Shown in pieces: positions 52,223 through 64,000 of a stretch of 64,000 bases of DNA. Origin of the DNA: Takakia lepidozioides (taxonomy: Eukaryota; Plantae; Bryophyta); the NCBI GenBank assembly GCA_030704615.1, contig CM060733.1, forward strand, positions 7,874,001 through 7,938,000, written 5' to 3'. Made by a program: the position numbers and the translations under genes. Position 1 is the stretch's first letter. Each line of letters opens with the position of its first letter. The notes beneath the pieces were generated by a model, which was not told the DNA's origin, did no database searches, and was given only the letters and a program-made list of their open reading frames with translations.

Positions 52223-53025
52223 CGAGTTGCAATAGAGTTTTCATTTCAGCCGGCCTTGTTACGGACACTAGAGTTGTAGAATTTTGCAAAGCATGGTGTA
52301 TAAATGCACCGTTTACATTCTCTTTGAGTTTGCAAATTTGTGGTACCTCACACTTGTCGTTGCAACTTTGGTAGTGGGTCCACACTAATGTAGGATTTGC
52401 ACGTTGGTTTGAGTTGCAATCAAACCAAATTTGCGTTGCAAACATTCCTCATTGGTCATTTACTTGATATGTCAATAGTATCACTACTGACATGAGTAAA
52501 AGACGAGAGCAATTAATTTTGAAAAAAATGACCACCTTGCAACTACTTGCAATTCTCAATAGAGTGTGACAAAATGAAGTTAAGCAGATATGAATCCAAC
52601 AACAATTTTTTTTTTCCTTCAATTTTTCTTCAAAAACCGTTGGCCCAAGTGTCCAGTGTTATCTAAGTCCAAGTGCAATCCCCTATGTATCCAAGTGCAT
52701 CTCCTATGTCGAAGCCCAAGTGCGACCTCTAATGTAGCCTATGCCGTTGGCCCATGTGTGAAGAATTAATGAAATCTAAGACCAAGTGCAATCTTTATTC
52801 ATGTATCCAAGTGCATCTCATATGTCGAGGCCAACAATTAATATCCAAATATTTTGATTGTTATTGCAGCTCCATCTTTGCGTTAAAAAGAAGTCCCCTG
52901 CATAATCACTATTCTGTTCTCTGAAAAAAAAAAAAAAAAAAAAAGAAGAAGAAGGTGGAGGAGGAGGAAATGCAAAAGAGTGGCATGAAGCCAAGGAAAT
53001 GGATGGATGTTTTTCCTCACTGGAT

Positions 53026-53117
53026 ATGACGCCTCCCTAAGGAAGCGCAAATTATGGTGTCTCTTGACCCCCAGGACTAAGTACTGCCTTCCAGCAGGAA
53101 GGTGGCCACCTTTGTGA
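53026..53117 (-). repeat. Second (headless) copy of the SINE-like repeat at 24100-24189
   Basis: Shared GCCTCCC-AAGGAAG-AAATTATGGTGT-ACCCC-AGGACTA-GCCTTCC-GGAAGGTGG-TTGTGA. Confidence 0.6.
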
Positions 53118-53426
53118 AGCTTGCCGTGATTACTTAGGCCAGAATCCCGTGGATCTACTTAAGCAATTCTCATACTTCTTTGGCCTAAATCAGCTAGTTT
53201 CCCATTTCTGATATGGATTCTTTTTCCACGAGATGGATAAGAGTAGCGAAAGGAGGAGGAGGAGGGGGAGAAGATTTGTGAGGTGATGTGCGTTGAGAGA
53301 AAGGGTGTTGAGAGGCTCACAGCAGCTTCCTTGTTCACTGCTAATTAGTTTGAGCTTGGGAAGGGACGGTCAGCTGTTTGTGCACCCGCTATTTCTCGTT
53401 GTCGGCCTAAGCTCTCTTGAGCGACA

Positions 53427-56400
53427 ATGGAGGTGGTGCTGCACAGCGTTGGGACGCCAGCCCCTTGCCAGTGCGGTGCAGGGCTCCGGTATTCTAAATT
53501 CGGTGGTTCCGTCCCGCTTCTTCCAGCTGTGTGGAGATTTGGCGAGAGAAAATTGAGAGCGGTAAGTGTAAATTCCGGAGATTCATAGTCTGCTGATGAA
53601 TTACTCCTCCACCACTAACATGGACACTGATCGATTGTGTGGGAAGCAGTTTGAATAGTGGACGTTTCACTTTGGAGCCGTTATGAGCGGTTTTCTTGCA
53701 GAAGTGGGGGTCAGAAATCCTGCCTACTGATGCGTTTCCACTTCGTTGGCTGATTTTGACAATTTTCCACTTCCAGTGACTTTGTTCCAACATCATTGTA
53801 TGGGGGATTCTGCCAGTAATGTGGGAGGATTAAGGTTAACGTGAATTGTTCTAAATAGTGGACAATTCCAGTAATTTGAGGATATGTCCTACAAAGCATA
53901 GAACACAGGAGAAAAACCTCCGGCAATAACTAGTCCCGTGTTAGTCAGAACCCTGAGTCTCTCCAGGATGAGTACAAGGAATCGCGCCTAGACAATTTGG
54001 ACCATTATGTATTCCCTTATTTGTATAGGTTTATACCTGTTCTGCAAGGGTGTTGGGCAACATGGGGTTTTAGGTTACCCGCATTGCAAGTTCTCAACTC
54101 TCTGTCCATGTGCAGTTGGATGTCAGTACAGCAGGATTCAGACCCCGAGATATAGGAGCCATTCGAGCAGCAATAGCTTTTCCCAACCTGCAGGCTGATG
54201 ACTTCAGGCACCCCCTTGATAGACAGGTGCTCCTATTGTTCCCATTCTGCTAATTCTTTTCACTCAATTGACCTCCACTTTCTCTTCCTCTCTCCCTCCA
54301 ATCCTGCATCCCCTTTTGTGTTTATCCAAACGTTCCAAATGTTTGGGTGGGTGCAGAACACTGCATTGCTGCGGGCAATACCAGGGCTAGGGGATATTGG
54401 CAAGTTTTTGCTAGGTTGGTACACCTCACTCATGGCTTATTGAAGCTTGCTAATGCACAAAAGCCTGGGGTTGATGGCATGACCTGCTGCCCCCTGGCAA
54501 GAAGAGGAGAGGTGTTTTGAAATAACCTGGAAATCACATTGCAAGGGGTAATAGGTTGCCAGGGCCTTTTCTGGGAGAAGGTTTTGCATATGCCTGAGTG
54601 GACCTTTATGGACTGTAGCTCCCGGGAACTGTAAGGTGTATACTTGATGCCTGGTTGGAACTCAAAAGTGTGACTCTACCACAACAAGTAATTAAGCATC
54701 TGCCTTGATCGTAAACAAGGGTAGCTTAGATGCGCAGCAGACCTTGTTAATGATATCTCTATTGACTCCTTCTTCTTACCATATTCTGTCTTCTTTTCTG
54801 GTCTCTGTTTCCATGTAGACCCTCCTAACAATGAGTGACAGGCATTCTTCTAAGACTCAGTCCTTGCCTATGCTGGGCACCAGTCAGGTCCGCCTACACT
54901 ATGGCCCATAAGATTTCCTTTAGCTGTTGGGTAATGAAAATTCTCTCTAACAACTCTATACTGCCAAAGAGTGGAGACCAGTGAAGGAATTGAGCGAGTG
55001 GTACAGATCTTCAAGCTATTCACCAATCATATACAAGTTTAGTTAGTATGCTTAGGGTTGAAGTTCTAGCAGTTTTGACCATGCAGGGCCCGCCGCAGAG
55101 CAAGTAATGCTGCTGGAGAATATTGGCACATCGGTGCTTGTCAGTGACAATCAGGTAATGTGGCGACTGACCCCTAGAGTGTGTCTGCTAGTCGAATTTT
55201 CGAGTTGTTCTGAGCCCATTTGTGCAAGCTAAGCACCATCATTCTGCAATGCAAGAGCTGCAAGGAGAGGAATCTATAGACAGAGGCCACTGATTCGAGA
55301 AGTATCTTTGTCTTTGTGCGATCCTTCAGTAGACTCACTCGAACCTCCGCTGGAGTAATACCTCAGTATGCCTGGTGTGTGATGAGTTTTCCATGTTTGC
55401 AAGAGAGACTTAACAGCCATTCCAATGTGAATGGGGATTGCTTCATGCAAGAATAGCTGGCAGATTTGCACAAGTTGATGAAGGAAGCTGCAGGCATACT
55501 GGATCTGGAGGCACCCGACTTGTATGTACGCCAGAATCCAGTCCCCAATGCTTATACACTGGCCATAGCTGGCCACAAGCCCTTTGTTGTTGTCCACACC
55601 AGCCTCGTGGAACTTCTTAACCAAGCAGAGTTGCAGGTGTGTTTCAGAGTTGTGTGTTGTATGATCCGTCTAAATAGGTCAATGATTGTGACTGATAGAC
55701 AGGTCACTGCAGAAATTGTACAGCACCAATGAAATTGTTTCTCCATTTTCTGAGAGTAGTGACATTGGCAGTGGGTTGACATGCAATCGATGCCAGATTT
55801 AACACATGGTTTTGCAACTTCAGCTCTCGGAGCTGTCAAGTTGTAGGCAGGGTATTCTTTCCACATCAGAATCCCAGACAGTTGCTGGGATACGTCTTCT
55901 CTAAAGCACCAAAAGTGCATGTCAAACTCTGACGTTGTGCGTTGCAATACTAGTATGTGCTCAAATCTGGGAGTGCATACTTGTGTCTGCAGGCGGTGCT
56001 GGCTCATGAGTTGGGACACCTGAAGTGTGATCATGGCATTTGGCTCACATTTGCCAACATTCTTGCCTTGGGTGCCTACTCTGTTCCTGGTATGCACGCC
56101 GTTCTTTCATGAGTGTTCTCCAAACATCTGTGGCTGGAATTTGTCAACTGTGAGACTGTTTGTTCTAATTCTGTTTGTCTTTCTTGGCTGGGGACAGAGT
56201 TGTGGTCCTTAAGAACTTAGCAAGCGGTAATGTGACAATAGGTCTACCAGGATGCTAAGGTTGCCACCAGGGTATGGTTTTTAGCAGGATCTCAGGCTTC
56301 ACAGTATTGGGTAGGTTACTTAGACAGACTTGGATACAGCAACAATTGGCCAATGACTGGAGATGGATGATGTGTGGACCAGGATTGGGAATGGTGATAG

Positions 56401-57251
56401 CCCACCAGATGGAGGATCAACTGATGAGGTGGCTGCGGGCAGCAGAGCTTACCTGCGATCGGGCAGCACTCCTTGTTGCACAGGATCCCAAGGTGTTGGT
56501 TGTGCCATGTACACGCTATTGTTTTCACTCGTCTGCTTGCCTTAGTCTTTTCAGTATATGCCAGGGGGGAGTCGGAGTCTCATGACTCATTCTTAAAGAC
56601 AAGGTAGATATGTGTCCACTGCTACTAAGGATTCAGTTGTGTATTGGGCAGGTGGTGTTGTCTGTCCTGATGAAACTAGCTGGTGGCTGCCCATCACTTG
56701 CAGACCAACTCAACGTGGATGCATTTTTGAATCAGGCCAGGTCATATGATGAGGCTTCTTCCAGCCCTTTGGGGTGGTACCTCCGGTGTGTGCTAATCAG
56801 GAAACCATGTCCCCCTTTTTTTTTTTTTCTCTTTTTGGTGTCAAGTGCATTGGTGAGAAATTCAGATTTCATTTGCGAATTTACGATGGAAATTGCTAGG
56901 GCCAAAACTCAGACACATACATAAAGTGACCTCAGTCAGTTTTGTGTCTGTAGGGCAAGGGCACAGAGGGACTGGCTTGCCCATCATGCTTCATGTCATT
57001 TGTGGTAGGATGAGTCACAGGTATAGACATGTTTGTTTCCCCTTGATCTTATTTTGCTCTCGACTTTTTGCAGAAATGCCCAAACACGGCAGCTATCTCA
57101 TCCTCTGCCAGTTTTGAGAGCCCGTGAAATTGATCAGTGGGCACGCAGTGCAGAGTACAAGGTCCTCTTAGCACGTGCCTCCAGAGCTGCAACCAAAAGC
57201 ACCTCCTCACAACAGGTCTATAAGGGCCATGGTTCTTTAATCATATCCTAA
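53427..57251 (+). CDS. PGM48: Plastoglobule-type M48 zinc metallopeptidase with transit-peptide-like N-terminus, multi-exon
   Basis: Motifs ADDFRHPLD, LYVRQNPVPNAYTLA, AVLAHELGHLKCDHG (HExxH), WLRAAELTCDRAALL, SHPLPVLRAREI. Confidence 0.9.
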
Positions 57252-58279
57252 CACAGAGTAATCTGTCTTCCATTTTGGAAAAAGGGCTTATTCACAAGAA
57301 GTTTGTCAAATGTACAGGATAGTAACTTGTAGAATATATGGTCTCAAGACTGATCAATTGTACTAATTTGAACTTGAAAGTAGGCAAGATTGTCTTGGCC
57401 AGCTCCTGGCAAGCATTCTATAGATGTGCAGCCAACATGTTATTGAAGTATGAAGGAATTTCCTCTATGTATGTGTGCACTGAAAGCTTTTGGGGAGCGT
57501 TTACAGCATTTTTCAAGCTGTCCCGTGAAGATTTTGAGTGTACGGGATCTGCAGAGTTCAATGTAATTGTTCACATCTTTTTTGGGCTCCTACCTCACTC
57601 AGGGAAAATCAAGGCATTTTTAACCAGTTTTTGGACAAAATAGGAGAGGTGAGGAAGAGTTGGTAGCCAGTAAATCTGGACGACTGCCAACGTGGACCTG
57701 TTAAAACGTGCCACATGGCATATGGCGACATTAAAAAAAGAAAAGTGGCGGGCAAAAAATAACCATGAAAGGAGGCCATGAAGGCTTTACATCGTAGATG
57801 ATGGGGTAACACCCAGCACCAGTCCTCCTAGAAGTAAGCTTAACCGTGAGGCAGATGATTCAGTGTCCAAGCAAGAACAGCAAGCTGCCAAGCACTGCCA
57901 GAATAAGAACAAAAGGGAGCAGCAACCTGCTTATGCTGAGGAAAACATTGACTTAGGCCAGGCCTTAGGCCAAGCAAAGTTTAAAGGGAAGAATAGTCAA
58001 GCTAAAACAGTTGCTATCCTAACAAGCCTCCAACGGCAATTGGCTCTCACAAGAGGAAGGTAAGACTAAGGAGCATGACTGAGCACAACACACCCATAAG
58101 CGCCTTGACACGGTGTAAGGTCCTTTGACCACATTTTCTCCCTTGACTTGCGTGTCTCCGTATTATGTAAAGTCTCTCTACAAGAGAGCCAACAAACAGA
58201 GAAAACAGGCCTTGCCTGTTAAGTACTACCAATTGCTAGCTGCTCTGTTACTAGTACTACATAGCCCAAACAAAAAGCC

Positions 58280-58758
58280 AACAGCTGTAGTAGAACTAGA
58301 TGGAATGGTCTTGGATTTTTCCACGAAGCTCTTCAGTGCTCGTATGCCAGAGCAAGTGTGAAAGTCTTGAGACCATTTTTATCCTCCATTGAAACATATA
58401 AGCCTGTCATGGCACACAATACGTTCTCTCTCATGCTCCATCCTTGCCACAAGGATTTGTCACTTGTAGGGAGCTACGGAGGCCGCACATCAGCCATCCG
58501 CATATTTGTCATGAAGAACTGAACACATATTTTCAATTGCGGGGATACTTACAAGTCTCCGTCGGACGTTGCCTCCTTGGGTTCAAAAATGTGGAGCAGC
58601 TCGTGATCCTCGTGAGAAACTGGCCGGATGATCCTTGCGTTGGGCTTGAGGCCGCTATGCAATCCTCTTATGATTTTGGTGAAAAAGAAGCCAACATGGT
58701 AGATGATCTCGAAGAAGAATTTGAAGAAGAACCTAGTCGAGATGATGAAACCCTGTAA
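58280..58758 (+). pseudogene. hAT transposase C-terminal relic (internally deleted)
   Basis: VLRPFLSSIETYKPVMAHNTFSLMLHPCHK resembles the LDPRFK region. TEHIFSIAGILTSLRR/RCLLGFKNVEQLVILVRNWPDDP resembles the hATC dimerisation domain. Confidence 0.6.
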
Positions 58759-58859
58759 AACTTTATTTACAACATGTACAATGGGTGAACGTGCATATGA
58801 TGAGAAGTTCCCAAAAGGGCGGGGGGGGGGGGAGGAACAAGAAACAAGAGAAGAAAACA

Positions 58860-60220
58860 AAAAGCTATAGTAAGCTACTCAACCAGCGACGAAAACAGAA
58901 GCTATAGTAAGCTACTCAAGCAGAGCGACCCTCCCAGCCAACAGCCTGGAGGAGATCAGGCAAGGAGATAGGCAAAGTGTCAGGCAGAGGCGGAAGATGA
59001 GATGACGTGGAGCTAGCCACATCAGCCCAATGCAAAATAGATATGGCTTGTGCTCTCTGCAAAGCAACTGAAACACGTTGTCGATAGTAGGCGACAAGGA
59101 CGGAGGCATGTGGGATGTCAGTGGACCCGCTCTTTGGCTGCATGATGTGCACATGTCCGTAGGAAATCGTCGAAGTGCCGGTGCAATGAGCCAAATATCT
59201 CGACCGTCAGTAGAAGAAATGTGTTGGTGGGGTGACGATCGCTGTAGTTGCGCTCATTGATCTGAGCTGCTATAGTGGCTGTCATGCCTAGTGTGGTAGC
59301 TGCGCGAGATAACAGATCCACTCGAGTGGGGTCGGTGAAAACGACATCTGCTAGGGTACGCAAACCATCTATAGATAGGACGATGTCAACACGGCGGTGT
59401 GTAGAGTGGGACGTGAGCGTGGGTCGTAGATGTGGTTGCTCACGCAGTACATGATACCCTGCCTCCCGAGCAATAGATGCCACCGCATCGCGAACCATAT
59501 TGTGAGACGCAGTGCGCTCACCACCACATGGACAACGGAGGAGATGGATGACAAGGTCATCGATGGGCTGAAGACAGACGCAGCGCTGAAGGCCCAATGT
59601 CGAAGGATGAGGCAAACTGAGTCGAAGGCAGTGAAAATAGGGGATGAGAGGCGAAAATGTGCGATAGTGGGTCATGCTGCCAACCATGCCCCTGCTCCGG
59701 GTTCTACGCATGATAGAAGTCGGGCTTGATGCAACTCAGAAGAAACACTTGAGAGCATGCCGGAAAAGGAATGACGGTGCACGCGTTCGGAAATGGACTC
59801 CTGAAGATGGTCGAGGCCTTGAGCAACCAACTGCTCATATGGTGGTAGACATGCTCGCGCCGGTGCCGGAAGAAGATCTCGTGCAGAGCGGAGATGCTGC
59901 TGGAAGGATAAAATGCCACTGTCGACATGTGCAACGGCGTCCATAAGGATGGGACGATGGTCATAGAGACATCATGAAGCAAGGGCTGGCGCCACCAACA
60001 CCGAACTGCTGAGGAAAGCTGACGGGGCGGTAGTGACAGTGGACAAAAGACCCACACCACCGGAAGAGAGGGGCAGGGTGGCTTGCTATCGTGACAAAAA
60101 TCCCTGAACACCCTCCAAAGGTCTTGGTCCTAACAATCTCCCGAAGATAGTCGTCATGGTAGTATCAAACCCAGAATAGAGGTGTAGGAAATTTGGGCTG
60201 GGTGGAAAGGTGTCCGGAAG
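58860..60220 (-). mobile_element. 5'-truncated, degenerate CRE-like non-LTR retrotransposon (CCHC plus restriction-like endonuclease)
   Basis: ARLLSCVEPGAGAWL, CVC...HLLRCPCGGERTASHNMVRD, RRVDIV...LADVVFTDP, VEIFGSLH. Frameshifts and stops. Short direct repeats at the 3' end (58861-58919). Confidence 0.8.
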
Positions 60221-60306
60221 ACAATGACGACGATAATGGGAGGGTATGTCTAAAAATATATACCCGCACAACAACGGAATATACCAAGACCTGTTATTGC
60301 CTATTT

Positions 60307-60314
60307 TAGGGTTT
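60307..60314 (-). promoter_or_regulatory. Telo-box (AAACCCTA) upstream of the UFM1 start
   Basis: TAGGGTTT about 100 bp before the first coding exon; single motif only. Confidence 0.3.
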
Positions 60315-60414
60315 GCGTCTTCCTTTCTCTCTGTGCAGCTGCAAGGCCTTACTTGTGTGTGTGGATACAGTGAAGGAAAGGATCGCTGTGGAGGGATTTC
60401 TCAAAGACCTTTCC

Positions 60415-62463
<2,049 letters not shown>

Positions 62464-64000
62464 ATATGAGTTGAAATTTACGGTGGGGTGGGGGAATGTA
62501 GTGTCATGCCACCTCCTCTTTGGAAGATGGATTTATTTCCAAATGTTTATGGCAGGGTCCAGCTTGTTTCAAACTACCTTCGCTTATGACCTGGAACATG
62601 CATCAGTCAATCAGTATGCCCATTGGGGATAATGAGTTGTGTCGAGGGTCATGTCTGTAACACATCAGGGTAAAGAAATTGCTAGATGTGCACCTGATTG
62701 TATGTACAGTATTCCAAACGTTGACCTAGCAACATTGGAGCTGAGGAAAAAAATTCTCATCTTTCCAATGAATCTCAAGTGCATCTCAAGTGCTATGGCT
62801 AAGGAACTGTTGGCTGATTTCAATGGTTGAGTCTATGTTTATGTGAGAGCAAGCTCTCAACAGAGTGCAAGCAGTGGGGGTACAGCCAATGGAATTCTTC
62901 GTTCTCACTAGCAACTGTGTAGATGTTGTACACTGTGACTACAGTTCTAAGTGTATGCATTAATGCCTGACACAATTTCTACATTCCAGTTGGAAGGAAC
63001 AGATCTTCAAAAGATTGTTTGGGTCGAAGTCTGACCTGCCAGCAGTAGTGGAGATGACTACAATGTCATGCTGCAACTAGCCTACTTTCAGATGTTGTCC
63101 ATCATAAGAGTTGTTTGAAGTATTGAGGGAATTCCATGTACCACAAAGCATATCCTGACTCTTGAGAGTCATACTGGTTTAACTGAGAAGTACTGGATTC
63201 ACTGGAGAAGAGGTGCCACAGAAAGGTGATGTCTTACATGTCAATATCCACTGTTGACATTCAAATAAAGCTGACGATCAAATTGCAAATTCTGGAGCCA
63301 TGTCAAAGGCCAACCCTTGATGAAGGAAGTTGGAACAATGGAGGCCCCGGTTGGCCTTGCTGACAACAGCACGTTTTCTACAAGGAGTATAGCGAGAAAA
63401 TGAAGTCATTAATTACCAAAGCCTCCACAACGGTTATGAATATTTCTGAACTTCTTTGAAGAAAGTCTACAGACAGGGACCAAGCCTGTTGGGACATGAT
63501 TGCAGCTTGTGTGTTTCTTTGCTCAGTGGCCCTGCTAGGATTGGTTTCTCTTTGCCTGTTGTGTTCGGGGCAGAGAGTTCATGTGCTATGGAGTGTAAAC
63601 TCTAGTGGTCAGCATTGGTGACAGACCAGTTGTTGAGCATTGCTGAAGGGATTCTCAGACAGATATGTGGCAATTTTCAGATAAACCCATGCTGTTTACA
63701 AGTACTAAATTGTCTGCGGAATAGTCTTTACGTTCAACCCCCCTTTCTCTTACTAAATTTCCTGTCAACTTCTTTCTGGGGCAAAGCAGAGAACAGCACT
63801 CTTCCCCCCAAGCCTCCCCCAGGTAATGTTGTTAGCCACATCACCATGTTGGCTTTTTGTTTATGTGAAAAGGGCTGAAAGCAGGCCTGCATTAAGAGAG
63901 ATGCCAATGTTTTTGGAGTAGCTGGTACCAGGCAGCACTCATTTTTACCCTATCGAACTTACCAAGAGAATTTGACTTGATGAGAGCAAAATCTGTTAAT

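Noticed and set aside
52640-52835. CCAAGTGCA-rich short duplication
   Set aside because: Small local repeat without TIR, TSD or coding features.

Overview
Eukaryotic nuclear DNA from a land plant. Gene content and TE types suggest a bryophyte-like non-seed plant (inference). Bases 1-23.9 kb hold a cluster of one large Mutator-like (MULE) family. One complete-looking ~13.6 kb unit (10331-23905) carries two convergent spliced genes: a DDE/SWIM transposase and a ~1511-aa zinc-finger/repeat/Ulp1 SUMO-protease fusion. Its introns, spacers, terminal array and even one coding exon are saturated with a telomere-like GGGT(T/G)ACA motif. To its left lie an inverted near-identical copy joined head-to-tail to the end of another unit, and a diverged relic. 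I see no TIRs or TSD. Bases 24-35 kb are a TE/pseudogene graveyard: a Crypton/DUF3504-like tyrosine-recombinase relic, a SINE-like repeat, an OSB PDF-motif pseudogene and MITEs. Bases 35-64 kb are ordinary genes (F-box/Kelch, orphan repeat protein, SWEET, peroxisomal APX, M48 peptidase, UFM1) mixed with a probable solo LTR, a disrupted F-box pseudogene, a hAT relic and a 5'-truncated CRE-like non-LTR retrotransposon. Exon boundaries were read by eye from GT/AG sites and frame continuity.
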